Translations under genes and position numbers: made by a program | From: Candidatus Levyibacteriota bacterium | GTDB taxonomy: Bacteria > Patescibacteriota > Microgenomatia > Levybacterales > UBA12049 | Direction: 5' to 3' | DNA length: 64,000 bases | NCBI GenBank assembly: GCA_963722305.1 | Contig: CAVRKE010000002.1 | Location: forward strand, 315,878 to 379,877 | Notes under the pieces: generated by a model | Databases searched by the model: none | What the model was told of the DNA's origin: nothing | Seen by the model: the letters and a program-made list of their open reading frames with translations, nothing else | Part shown: piece by piece, positions 26,531 to 36,032 of the stretch | Layout: every line of letters starts with the position of its first letter | Position numbering within the stretch: position 1 is the first letter of the stretch

Positions 26531-27235
26531 ATGAAGTTTTTATTTGTCTTTGCCCATCCCGATGACGAAACGTTTTCAAGCGGCGGGACAATTGCAAAGC
26601 TGACACAAAATAAACATAAGGTTGTTTTGGCAACCGCCACCAAGGGAGAAGCCGGTGAACCGGGTAATCCCCCAATTACCACCCGCGATAAAGTGGGCGA
26701 AGTCAGAGAACAGGAATTAAGAAGGGCGGCTAAAATCTTAGGGATTTCCCACATTCATTTTTTGGGGTTTATTGACGGGAAAGTAAGATACGCCCGCAAT
26801 AAAAAACTGGAAGGGAAAATTCTCTCTGTCATTAAGAAAGAAAAACCCGATGTCATTATTACTTTTGATAAAGGCGGGGGCTCAAATCATCCGGATCATA
26901 AAGCTGTATCCAGAGCAACCACAAAAGTGTTTAAAGACTATAAAGCTCTTGCCAAAAAACACGTCCGGTTCTATCACACGGCTATGCCAAGAAGTCTGAT
27001 TAAAAGTTTTGCGCAACAAGGTACTGGCTATAGCGCTTTCGGAAAAGTCAGAGGGGTTAAAGATAATCAAATCACAACCATGATTGACATTAGCGACAGC
27101 TTAAAAACGAAAATCAAGGCTCTTCAAGAACATAAAACCCAACACCAGGATTGGGAAAGATTTATAAAGAGGCTAGACAAAACCAAATATGTTTATGAAT
27201 TTTTTAAGCTGGTTGACGAAAACGGACTGATTTGA
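26531..27235 (+). CDS. PIG-L/LmbE-family N-acetylglucosaminyl deacetylase
   Basis: MKFLFVFAHPDDETFSSGGTIAKL (HPDDE zinc-binding motif) and a downstream HPDH motif. Confidence 0.75.
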   Translation: MKFLFVFAHPDDETFSSGGTIAKLTQNKHKVVLATATKGEAGEPGNPPITTRDKVGEVREQELRRAAKILGISHIHFLGFIDGKVRYARNKKLEGKILSVIKKEKPDVIITFDKGGGSNHPDHKAVSRATTKVFKDYKALAKKHVRFYHTAMPRSLIKSFAQQGTGYSAFGKVRGVKDNQITTMIDISDSLKTKIKALQEHKTQHQDWERFIKRLDKTKYVYEFFKLVDENGLI

Positions 27236-27265
27236 GTATCTGCGAAAATCCTCTATAATAAAACC

Positions 27266-28438
27266 GTGGAACCTAAAAAGAAATCATTTTTTAATAACGT
27301 CTTCTTTATCGGTCTACTCAGTTTTTTCGGCGGAATAAGCCAGGATATGTTTGTCCCGATACTCCCGTTGTATCTTGCCAATGTTTTGCATTTTGATAAA
27401 TCGTTTATTGGTCTTACAGAAGGCTTAGTCACCAGTAGTGCCAGCATTTTTAAAATCGTTGCCGGGTTTTTGTCCGATAAATTCAGGAAAAATAAACCGA
27501 TTGTTTTTGCGGGATATCTTCTTTCTTTAGTGGCAAGGCCGCTTTTGGCAATATTGACGTCGGGAGTTGGAATTTTGACACTACGCTTTCTTGACGGTAT
27601 TGGTAAAGGAGTAAAAGATACCCCCAAAGACGCTTTGATTGCCGATTCGACCAAAATAGAAACCAGGGGTAAAGGCTTTGGTATTGTCCGGGCACTTGAT
27701 ACTTTCGGCTCGGTTGCCGGACCCTTACTTCTTTTTGTACTGCTGTTTTTCCTGAGCAATAATTCTTTAAAGTACCACTACATCTTTTTTATTACCGCTG
27801 TTCCGCTTGTTTTTACGCTGGGAATTTTGACAATTTTTGTCAAAGAAATAAAAATCGAAAACGAAGAGACTAAAACCGATACAAAAACACCACTGCCTTT
27901 AAAGTATTATTTATTTTTAGGGATTGTCCTGATTTTTTCAATTGGAAATTCCTCTGATACATTTTTAATTTTAAGGGCCCAAAATGTCGGAGTAACTCTT
28001 TTGGCAATCCCCTTGGTTTATGCTTTATTTAATTTCATTTATGCATCGGCATCAATTCCTTTGGGAAGTTTGTCGGACAAAATTGGGAGACAAAAAGTGA
28101 TTATCTTAGGTTGGCTGGCTTATGCGCTGGCGTATCTTGGTTTCGGACTGGCAAATTCCGCTTTGGCAATTTGGCTTTTATTTGCATTTTATGGCATCTA
28201 TTATGCAACGACTGAGGGAGTTGCCAAAGCCTATATCGCCGACGTGACAGTTCCGCAGCACCGCGGAAAAGCTTATGGACTTTATAATTCTTTAATTGGC
28301 ATAGCTACTCTTCCCGCCAGTATTATCGCCGGTTTTATGTGGGATAAAATTAATCCTCAAGCTCCATTCTTATTTGGCTCTGGCATTGCCGCCTTTTCAG
28401 TGGTTCTCCTCTTCGTCTACATGAGGTTTTATAAATAA
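27266..28438 (+). CDS. MFS transporter (12 TM)
   Basis: 390 aa, with typical MFS loop motifs (G..SDK.GR.K in loops 2-3 and 8-9: LSDKFRKNK, LSDKIGRQK). Confidence 0.75.
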   Translation: MEPKKKSFFNNVFFIGLLSFFGGISQDMFVPILPLYLANVLHFDKSFIGLTEGLVTSSASIFKIVAGFLSDKFRKNKPIVFAGYLLSLVARPLLAILTSGVGILTLRFLDGIGKGVKDTPKDALIADSTKIETRGKGFGIVRALDTFGSVAGPLLLFVLLFFLSNNSLKYHYIFFITAVPLVFTLGILTIFVKEIKIENEETKTDTKTPLPLKYYLFLGIVLIFSIGNSSDTFLILRAQNVGVTLLAIPLVYALFNFIYASASIPLGSLSDKIGRQKVIILGWLAYALAYLGFGLANSALAIWLLFAFYGIYYATTEGVAKAYIADVTVPQHRGKAYGLYNSLIGIATLPASIIAGFMWDKINPQAPFLFGSGIAAFSVVLLFVYMRFYK

Positions 28439-28439
28439 A

Positions 28440-29102
28440 CTATTTGCTTAGCCATTTTTTTACTATCTCAATCACTTCCAGCATATTTTTTGCCTTCGCT
28501 TGTCCAAGGTCAACTTGTTTATACCATGAAACAAGATTTTGACTAATACTGATTGTATAAGCTCTGCTGTCTACTGCTGATTTTATTCCCGCATTCGAAT
28601 CCTCGAGGATAATTGTTTCATTAGGACTTATTTTCATAATTCTCATCATTTCCGAATATCCGTCTGGGCTTGGTTTTGGTTGAAGATGCGAATGAAATCC
28701 TTCGTCCAATGAAAGAATGTTGGTGATATTTTTCGAGAATGGCAAACGCGGCAACACTCTGTTTACCCAACTCATTTTTGATGCTGAAACGAGCCCTATT
28801 TTAAAATTTTGTCTGATGAGATATCTCATCAGCTTATCGGTATCCGGAGTAACTACTGTCTTGTAATAAACACGAAAGGCGGTTTTGTCCCAAGTGTCTT
28901 GAACTTCTTCCAATGATTTTGAAAAACCTAATGATTTTGCTTTATTATAAATTGAAATAAGCGGTATACCGATAGTATCCCCGATTTGCCTGCCGATTTT
29001 TTCCCCAAAAAGTTTGTTAAGAAAATTTGGCTCGTATTTAAACCATGCTTTTTCGCTGTTGATCAATACTCCATCCATGTCAAAGATGAAAGCTTTAGTC
29101 AT
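28440..29102 (-). CDS. HAD-superfamily hydrolase (beta-phosphoglucomutase/phosphatase-like)
   Basis: AFIFDMDGVLINSE motif I. Confidence 0.65.
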   Translation of the reverse strand: MTKAFIFDMDGVLINSEKAWFKYEPNFLNKLFGEKIGRQIGDTIGIPLISIYNKAKSLGFSKSLEEVQDTWDKTAFRVYYKTVVTPDTDKLMRYLIRQNFKIGLVSASKMSWVNRVLPRLPFSKNITNILSLDEGFHSHLQPKPSPDGYSEMMRIMKISPNETIILEDSNAGIKSAVDSRAYTISISQNLVSWYKQVDLGQAKAKNMLEVIEIVKKWLSK

Positions 29103-29125
29103 AAAGCGATTATAGCAAAAGAGGA

Positions 29126-29458
29126 TTAAAATAATTTTCCGCCTAAAGGAACCGGTTTTGTCGGAGTGATTAGAACGGCATTGCCGTCTGCGTCGGGAAA
29201 ACCCAAAGTTAAAACTTCTGAAACTGCTCTCCCTATTTGCCGCGGAGGGAAATTAATAATACAGGCAACTAATTTCCCTTTTAATTCTTCTTTTGAATAA
29301 TTGGCTGGAAATTGCCCGATGGATTTTTTAATACCGGTTTTTGAACCAAAATCAATTTGCAATTTATAAGAAGGCTTTCGCGCTTCGGGATAATCTTCAA
29401 CGCTAATGATTTTCCCAACCCGAATATCGACTTTATCAAAATCTTCGTACGAAATCAT
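29126..29458 (-). CDS. tRNA-binding domain protein (CsaA/Trbp111-like OB fold)
   Basis: 110 aa, FDKVDIRVGKIISVEDYPEARKPSYKLQIDFG, the canonical EMAP/CsaA tRNA-binding motif. Confidence 0.7.
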   Translation of the reverse strand: MISYEDFDKVDIRVGKIISVEDYPEARKPSYKLQIDFGSKTGIKKSIGQFPANYSKEELKGKLVACIINFPPRQIGRAVSEVLTLGFPDADGNAVLITPTKPVPLGGKLF

Positions 29459-29476
29459 AAATAAATTATAGCAAAT

Positions 29477-29887
29477 TTATTCAAGCTGTTTTTCCCAAGG
29501 AAAATTTACGTTTTCGTTTATTTCTTTAAGAAAGTAGTCGACTTTTATTTCGGATATTGGCATTGTATATAAACAGGCCGTTTTAATAATTGCTCCTTTT
29601 TCTTCTAGATATTGTTTTGCAGCGATTAGACTTCTTCCTGTTTCAAGCATGTCCTCAACCAAAAGCACTTGTTTATCTTTAATATCCTCTTTTATTTCTG
29701 TTACTACTATTCGTTTGTTATCGGTTTTTTTGACAGTCAGACAATACATATCTTTTACGTTTAATTTGCCTGATAACAACCGCGCTGGAACAACACCTCC
29801 CCTGACAATACCGACAATTATATCCGGCTGTATCGTGATTTTATTTGACAGAGAGTTTATTTCACTTACTAATTCTTCCCAAGTCAT
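29477..29887 (-). CDS. Phosphoribosyltransferase (purine PRTase-like, 136 aa)
   Basis: PRPP-binding motif VLLVEDMLETGRSL. Confidence 0.65.
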   Translation of the reverse strand: MTWEELVSEINSLSNKITIQPDIIVGIVRGGVVPARLLSGKLNVKDMYCLTVKKTDNKRIVVTEIKEDIKDKQVLLVEDMLETGRSLIAAKQYLEEKGAIIKTACLYTMPISEIKVDYFLKEINENVNFPWEKQLE

Positions 29888-29911
29888 AATGCTAGTATAG
29901 CAAAACCAGGA

Positions 29912-29937
29912 ATGGCTGGAGTAAAATCTCCAGCCAT
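29912..29937 (-). terminator. Perfect 10-bp stem hairpin (atggctggag-taaaat-ctccagccat), followed on the minus strand by UCCUGGUUUUG. Candidate intrinsic terminator for gene 29997..30461
   Basis: Seen in sequence. It also lies about 25 nt upstream of the ATG of gene 29477..29887, next to a TATACT box, so it could alternatively be a leader structure. Confidence 0.5.
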
Positions 29938-29996
29938 ATACTTAAAGTAATGATTAGTTTTACTTAAGTTCGAGTTCGTTTCCTGCCACTTGCGAC

Positions 29997-30461
29997 CTAC
30001 TGAGCCGGTGCGGCCCCTTGACCTGCACCACCAGTTGGTCTGGTTGGAAATCCTCCTTGTGGAGGATTAATCTGAACTTGCTGTGCAGTTACTGAACCAT
30101 CAGAATTTGCTGTTCCGACAACATTAATAGTATCTCCTGTTTTGACATCGCTTAGTGCCGCTTTTGTTGATTGCATAAATGCGGTACTGGCTGAAAGAAC
30201 AACTATCTCTGTACTTCCATTGGACAGCTTAATAGTCATACTGTCGTTATTCATATCTAAGACTTGTCCACGGGCAGATCGAAAGCTCGAATTCTGACCG
30301 GCTTGGCCACCAAATCGGCCGGCATAACTTCCCCGTCCCGCTGTCCCCCCAATTGATGGTGTTTGATTTTTTTGGTACATCATGCCGCCAAAAAACCCAC
30401 CTGCTGCAGCGACAATTATTAGAACTACTGCGACAATTATCATTGTATTTTTATTTTTCAT
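29997..30461 (-). CDS. Secreted/membrane-anchored Gly-rich protein of unknown function
   Basis: N-terminal TM (MIIVAVVLIIVAAAGGFFGG), Gly-rich low complexity, a beta-rich middle. It is the last gene of the TCS-efflux gene string. Confidence 0.45.
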   Translation of the reverse strand: MKNKNTMIIVAVVLIIVAAAGGFFGGMMYQKNQTPSIGGTAGRGSYAGRFGGQAGQNSSFRSARGQVLDMNNDSMTIKLSNGSTEIVVLSASTAFMQSTKAALSDVKTGDTINVVGTANSDGSVTAQQVQINPPQGGFPTRPTGGAGQGAAPAQ

Positions 30462-30509
30462 CTTTTATCACCTGCCTTTCTTTATGTATTTTTACTTTTG
30501 ACTTCGATT

Positions 30510-31730
30510 TTATTCATATCTTAGAGCTTCAATCGGCGATAAATCGGCTGCTTTTTTAGCCGGATACCAACCGAATAATATTCCGATCCCGCCCGACACG
30601 CCGATGGCCAAAAATATCGCATATATAGAAATTGTGAAAGGTAAACTGATAAATACAGAGATTACATATGACAACGCGATTCCCAATACCATTCCGGTTA
30701 ATCCTCCTCCAATTGTCAGAATTATCGACTCAATCAAAAATTGAGCAATAACCAAATTGTCTTTTGCTCCCAAAGCTTTCCTGAGCCCAATTTCCCGAGT
30801 TCTCTCAATCACCGTCACCAACATAATATTCATGATACCAATCCCTCCAACCAGAAGTGAAATCGCGGCAATTCCGGCGAGGAGTGCCGTAAAAGTACCG
30901 GTGACGGAAGAAGCGGCACTTAAAATGTCTGACTGGGAAACCATCGAAAAATCGGCTAAGGTCGGATCGCTGATTTTATGCCTTTGCAACAAAAGATAAC
31001 CAGAGTCGTTTTCTGCCTGAATAATAGAATTTGCAGATGATGCCGACATAGCAATACTTGAAACATAGTCTATCCCAAAAACTGTTTTTTGAGCCGTGGT
31101 TATCGGAATAAAAACAATGTTATCCTGATTGGCAAATCCCGTCCCGCCTTTGGAAACGGTAATGCCGACAATTGTGAAAGGAATTTTATTAATGCGGATT
31201 ACCTGTCCGGTCGGATCTCCTCCGCCAAAGAGAGTGGTCACTACAGTTGGACCGACAACTGCCACGTCCCTTGTACTGCTAACGTCCTGATCTGTTATAA
31301 ATGTCCCGGAACTCATGGTCACATTGTGAACCTCCGTATAAGCCGCCGTTGCACCGATAATTGAGATGTTAGTATTATTTCTTCCGGCCGTGACCTGGCC
31401 ACGTCTGGAAACTTCCGGCGAAACTTGGTTAATTGAGGCAAATTTAGCATCCGTAATTGCGGTGGCATCGTCTAGTGTTAGCGTCTGACTGCTACCGAAT
31501 CCACCCTGAACTCCTCCGGCAGTTTGTTGTGAGCCTGGTGAGATCGTTACTAAATTCGCGCCCAAGCCTTGAATTGAATTTTGCACTGATGCTTGTGTTG
31601 CCTGACCCAAAGATACCAAAGCAATAACCGCTCCGATTCCAATCACAATTCCCAATCCCGCCAAAGCGGTTCTAACTTTATTCAACGCTAATGCTTCAAA
31701 AGATGACTGCAGTAATTCAAAAAAATCCAT
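30510..31730 (-). CDS. ABC transporter permease, FtsX/MacB-type (4 TM, large periplasmic loop)
   Basis: 406 aa, N-terminal TM, ~220-aa periplasmic domain, C-terminal 3-TM FtsX domain. Confidence 0.8.
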   Translation of the reverse strand: MDFFELLQSSFEALALNKVRTALAGLGIVIGIGAVIALVSLGQATQASVQNSIQGLGANLVTISPGSQQTAGGVQGGFGSSQTLTLDDATAITDAKFASINQVSPEVSRRGQVTAGRNNTNISIIGATAAYTEVHNVTMSSGTFITDQDVSSTRDVAVVGPTVVTTLFGGGDPTGQVIRINKIPFTIVGITVSKGGTGFANQDNIVFIPITTAQKTVFGIDYVSSIAMSASSANSIIQAENDSGYLLLQRHKISDPTLADFSMVSQSDILSAASSVTGTFTALLAGIAAISLLVGGIGIMNIMLVTVIERTREIGLRKALGAKDNLVIAQFLIESIILTIGGGLTGMVLGIALSYVISVFISLPFTISIYAIFLAIGVSGGIGILFGWYPAKKAADLSPIEALRYE

Positions 31731-31733
31731 AAG

Positions 31734-32423
31734 CTATACCTCCTTATTTTTTACTTCTTTATCTATTTTTCCGTCTTTAATGTGAATTGTTCTTTGCGCA
31801 TAGGCCGCAATTGAAGGCTCATGCGTAATAATTACAATCGTATGCCCTTGTTTTTGAAGCGATTGAAAAATTTTCATTATTTCTTCTGCCTGGACGGTTG
31901 AGATATTGCCGGTTGGTTCATCTGCCAAAATAATTGCCGGGTTCATCGATAAAGCTCTGGCAATCGCTACTCTTTGCATTTGTCCACCGGAAAGCTGACT
32001 GCTGGTATGAGTCATCCTGTCCCCTAAACCTACTTCTTTTAGAAGTTCTTCGGCTTTTTTTGTTCTTTCATCTTTATGAATACCGGCATAAGTCATTGGC
32101 AGTGCGACGTTTTTGATTGCCGTTGTACGGGGCAAAAGATTAAAGGACTGAAAAACAAAACCGATTTTTTTATTCCTAATCTCTGCTAATTGATCTTTGG
32201 ATAATTTACTGACGTCTTGTCCATCAAGAATGTAAGTTCCGCTGGTTGGAGTATCTAAAGCGCCAAGAACATGCATCAGAGTGGATTTTCCGCTACCCGA
32301 AGGCCCAACTATAGCCACAAATTCTCCTTTTTTAATCGAAAAAGAGATGTCGTCAAGAGCTACCGTCTCAACGTCTCCGGTATTATAGACTTTTCTGACA
32401 TGCGAGATAGAGATCTGATCCAT
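31734..32423 (-). CDS. ABC transporter ATP-binding protein (MacB/LolD-like)
   Basis: GPSGSGKST (Walker A), [15 protein letters not shown] (signature), ILADEPTGN (Walker B). Confidence 0.9.
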   Translation of the reverse strand: MDQISISHVRKVYNTGDVETVALDDISFSIKKGEFVAIVGPSGSGKSTLMHVLGALDTPTSGTYILDGQDVSKLSKDQLAEIRNKKIGFVFQSFNLLPRTTAIKNVALPMTYAGIHKDERTKKAEELLKEVGLGDRMTHTSSQLSGGQMQRVAIARALSMNPAIILADEPTGNISTVQAEEIMKIFQSLQKQGHTIVIITHEPSIAAYAQRTIHIKDGKIDKEVKNKEV

Positions 32424-32426
32424 AAG

Positions 32427-33749
32427 TTATCTTCCTGCTGCGGCACCGCCTGCTCCTCCTGTTCTGGTTGTTGCTGCCCCGCCTCCGCCGCCGCCAAACC
32501 CACCCAGTCTTAATCCGCCACTGAATGGCGATGATGTAGCCGATGAGGTTGTTGTGGCTGTAGAAATTGCACTGGTCACAACCGTCTCTCCTTCGGAAAG
32601 ACCGGAAGTAATTACTGTTTGTGAGCCTGAAGTGTCACCAACTTGAACCGAAACTGTTGAAACCTGCCCGTTTTTGAGAATTCTCACCGTCGAAGCAGAG
32701 CCAACCGTTTGTACTGCTGCCGACGGCACCAGTAAAACGTTATCATCCACTTTGGTAATAATGTTGGCCGTAGCAGTCATGTTCGGCAGAATACTGGTAT
32801 TAGAAGTATCATCCAATTGAATTACCGCCGGATAAGTCGTTACACCTGATGTCACAGCACCGGTGGTATCTAATCCCATCACCTTGCCGGTAAAAGTTTG
32901 ATTCGGTAAGGCGTCAAAAGTAATCGTGGCCGCTTGTCCGACTTGGATTTGGGGAGCGTCCACTTCTGCAACATTAACCGAGACTGCCGTCGAATTACCG
33001 GTGATAACCGAGGCTATTGTCTGATTCGAAGTATTGGTTGACGATCCGGCAGTGGTATTACTTGAACCAACCTGCATTCCTTTCGTAATTATCAAGTCAC
33101 CGACCGTTCCGCTGGTCGGAGCAGTAATTGTTCCCGAAGTTAACTGATAAGCCAGGGATGCATTGTTAACATTTGCCTGCGCTTGGGCAATAACATTTGT
33201 TTGATTTTCATAAGCCGCTTCAGCAGCCAGCCAATTCGCGTTTTCCTCGATATAAACCGGGTCTTGCATATCTTGAGTGGTCGGATTTGGAATTCCTTTG
33301 TCATTAATAAACTTTTGGTTGGCAACAAATTCCTGACTCTGCAAAGTATTTAATTGTGCATTGGCATTTTGCAGATTATTCTGGGCGGATAAAAGAGAGG
33401 AATAAGCTTGTGCCTGGCGCTGTTGTCCGGCTGTATCCAGTGTGACATCGGCTATTTTATCTCCAGCATTTACCATCTGTCCGCTTTTAACATAAACGTT
33501 GCTGACAATGCCGGAGGCCTGCGTGACAACGCTGACTTTGTTTGCCACCGACACTTGTCCCGCCTCGGTTAAAGAAACTACTAATGTCCCTCTGGTAACC
33601 TGCGCTGTTTGGTATTGGGTTGCGCTTTTAGAGGCAGTAAAGCTTCGGTAAACAAAAAAGGCAATGATAACTAAAACTATTACCAAAACAATTTTTGTTT
33701 TTGTCCCTAATTTTTTTATTCTGGTTAAAACCCCTTTTATAAAATTCAT
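32427..33749 (-). CDS. Efflux periplasmic adaptor (HlyD/MacA membrane-fusion family) with a Gly-rich C-terminal tail
   Basis: N-terminal TM, coiled-coil rich in Q/N/A, beta-barrel/lipoyl-like segments. Tail GGLRLGGFGGGGGGAATTRTGGAGG. Confidence 0.7.
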   Translation of the reverse strand: MNFIKGVLTRIKKLGTKTKIVLVIVLVIIAFFVYRSFTASKSATQYQTAQVTRGTLVVSLTEAGQVSVANKVSVVTQASGIVSNVYVKSGQMVNAGDKIADVTLDTAGQQRQAQAYSSLLSAQNNLQNANAQLNTLQSQEFVANQKFINDKGIPNPTTQDMQDPVYIEENANWLAAEAAYENQTNVIAQAQANVNNASLAYQLTSGTITAPTSGTVGDLIITKGMQVGSSNTTAGSSTNTSNQTIASVITGNSTAVSVNVAEVDAPQIQVGQAATITFDALPNQTFTGKVMGLDTTGAVTSGVTTYPAVIQLDDTSNTSILPNMTATANIITKVDDNVLLVPSAAVQTVGSASTVRILKNGQVSTVSVQVGDTSGSQTVITSGLSEGETVVTSAISTATTTSSATSSPFSGGLRLGGFGGGGGGAATTRTGGAGGAAAGR

Positions 33750-33791
33750 TATTTTAAATGCTAAATGAGAAAGCTGAGAGTTGGCTTAAAA

Positions 33792-34835
33792 TTATTTCAC
33801 CCTCGGAAGAGTAACCACAAAAGTACTCCCCTTCCCGATCTCACTTTCAACTACTATATTTCCATTATGCAGAGTCACAATTCTTTTTGCAATCGAAAGT
33901 CCCAAACCATATCCCACTACCTCCTGTTTTGTTCTTGATTTATCGGCCCTGTAAAACCGGTCAAAAATATGCGGGAGATCTTCTTTTTTTATACCGATTC
34001 CGTTATCTTTAACCGTTATTCTTACTTTCGAATCGATTTTTTTAGCACCGACAACAACTGCCTTTTTGTTAGGGCTATATTTAATGGCATTATCCAAAAG
34101 AATGATAAAAAGCTCGGTCAAATCTCTTTTGTCCCCGTTTATCTCAATTTTCGGAACACTTAAGGTAATCGAAATGTTTTTCTTTTTGGCCAAAGCTTTT
34201 ACTTTTTCAACCGAAACTTGAATAATATCCGGGAGATAAAATTTTTCAACCTGAAGATTGCTGTTTTTATCCTGATCATGGTATTGCGTTAACTTGATAA
34301 GCTCCGCCGAAAGGAACTGCAGATTATTTACATCATCTAAATTACTTCGCAAAACAGCTTTGGCTTTTTCAGTGTTAAAATTCTCATCTCTTAAATTTAC
34401 TTCTATCGAAATCTTCAGAGAGGTTAATGGCGTATTTAACTCGTGCGAAGCATCGGTGATAAATCTGTTTTGCTCATCTATCATATTCTTAATTGGTCTT
34501 AGAGTCCTTCCGGCTAAAAAATATCCGGCCAGTGCCGAAAGGAATAAAATTACGACGTTTATGCCGAATAATGCTTCCAATACCCGTAACTTTGCCCATT
34601 CCACTAGTTCACTATCGGCTTGCGGAGAAAGCGGTAAGGGATTTAATTCTCCGAATGGTTGTTGGCTAATTCTCCCCGGTGGGCTTGGATGCTCAACGCG
34701 ATATTGTTCAAGTCTGGAAATCCGGTCGTATTCTCTGGCCGCGCCAAAATAAATAAAAGCGCTAAAAGAAATACTGATGGCCATGATGATGATTAAATAC
34801 CAGGCGGTTAATTTTAGGCGTGTTGAATGAAACAT
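33792..34835 (-). CDS. Sensor histidine kinase (2 TM, HisKA + HATPase_c)
   Basis: H-box ASHELNTPLTSL, N-box ILLDNAIKYS, G-boxes DNGIGI and GYGLGLSIAKRIV. Confidence 0.85.
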   Translation of the reverse strand: MFHSTRLKLTAWYLIIIMAISISFSAFIYFGAAREYDRISRLEQYRVEHPSPPGRISQQPFGELNPLPLSPQADSELVEWAKLRVLEALFGINVVILFLSALAGYFLAGRTLRPIKNMIDEQNRFITDASHELNTPLTSLKISIEVNLRDENFNTEKAKAVLRSNLDDVNNLQFLSAELIKLTQYHDQDKNSNLQVEKFYLPDIIQVSVEKVKALAKKKNISITLSVPKIEINGDKRDLTELFIILLDNAIKYSPNKKAVVVGAKKIDSKVRITVKDNGIGIKKEDLPHIFDRFYRADKSRTKQEVVGYGLGLSIAKRIVTLHNGNIVVESEIGKGSTFVVTLPRVK

Positions 34836-34850
34836 ATTATGAAATAAGTA

Positions 34851-35519
34851 CTAACCTATTTTATAGCCAAAACCCCTCACTGTATGGATAAGCTCTTTTT
34901 TATCTTTAAACGGCCTGTCGATTTTATTTCGAAGATATCCCACAAAAACCTCAACCGTATTGGGAAGAATATTCGCATCATAGCTCCAGACATGATCGAT
35001 AATCTGTTCTTTGGTTAAAGTTCTGTTTGGGTGACGGATGAGATATTCCAGTAAAGCAAACTCCTTTGAGGATAGAATGATTTGGGTTTTTCCCCGCTTC
35101 ACTTCGTAAGTATCGGTATCTAAAGTCAAATCTTCTACCCCAAAAGTGTGCCCCTCCGTGGTTTTTGGCCTTCTGATTAAAGCTTTTATTCTTGCCAGCA
35201 GTTCTTCAAAGGCAAAAGGTTTGGTTAAATAATCGTCAGCTCCGCTATTTAACCCTTCAACTCTATCGATAACTTGTCCTTTAGCCGTCAGCATCAGAAT
35301 CGGGGTGTGGTTTCCTTGTCCTCTAAGCTTCTTGCAGATTTCTAAGCCGTCCATACCCGGCAAAAGCCGGTCTAAAATTATTAGATCGTGGTATTCCGAA
35401 GCAAGGTCATAACCGCTTGTCCCATCATATGCAACGTCAACGGTAAAATGTTCTTGTTCAAGACCTTGCTTTATTAAATTGGCAATTTTATGCTCGTCTT
35501 CAACGATTAGAAGTTTCAT
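34851..35519 (-). CDS. OmpR-family response regulator
   Basis: MKLLIVEDE...ILDRLLPGMDG (receiver), C-terminal winged helix ...TVRGFGYKI. Confidence 0.9.
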   Translation of the reverse strand: MKLLIVEDEHKIANLIKQGLEQEHFTVDVAYDGTSGYDLASEYHDLIILDRLLPGMDGLEICKKLRGQGNHTPILMLTAKGQVIDRVEGLNSGADDYLTKPFAFEELLARIKALIRRPKTTEGHTFGVEDLTLDTDTYEVKRGKTQIILSSKEFALLEYLIRHPNRTLTKEQIIDHVWSYDANILPNTVEVFVGYLRNKIDRPFKDKKELIHTVRGFGYKIG

Positions 35520-35561
35520 GTAGGTATTATTATAGCAGGAAAACTTAAAATTAGCTGAGAA

Positions 35562-36032
35562 TTAGAAGTTTAAGATGACGACGGCTAAATTGAGGATTGA
35601 GGCAAAACTCACCCAGCAAAGGTAAGGAATCAAAAACCATGCTGACAATTTTGATAATTTCCAGGAATTGATAATTAATAAAAGGATTGAAAGCCAAAGT
35701 AAAATAATTTCTAAGAATGCGGCCAACGGTAAATGCAGGCCGAAAAATATTACCGACCATAAAAAATTAAGAAAGAGTTGAACTAAAAAAAGGACAACAA
35801 GAGAGTCTGTCTGCTTTTTTATTTTTTTTTCTAAAACCAGGAACAAAGAAACCCCCATTAGTAAATAAATCGCCGTCCAAACCGGGCCGAACAGCCAATT
35901 TGGTGGGCTGAATGGCGGTTTATTTAACTGTGCATACCAGGTGGATATTGAGGGAATGGTGAATAATGAACCTAATAAGCCTACGCCTTCACAAACAATA
36001 ATTAATCCCAACAATTTAAGTAGTTTTATCAC
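35562..36032 (-). CDS. TspO/MBR (tryptophan-rich sensory protein) family membrane protein
   Basis: 156 aa, 5 TM, Trp-rich (WYAQLNKPPFSPPNWLFGPVWTAIY). Confidence 0.7.
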   Translation of the reverse strand: MIKLLKLLGLIIVCEGVGLLGSLFTIPSISTWYAQLNKPPFSPPNWLFGPVWTAIYLLMGVSLFLVLEKKIKKQTDSLVVLFLVQLFLNFLWSVIFFGLHLPLAAFLEIILLWLSILLLIINSWKLSKLSAWFLIPYLCWVSFASILNLAVVILNF

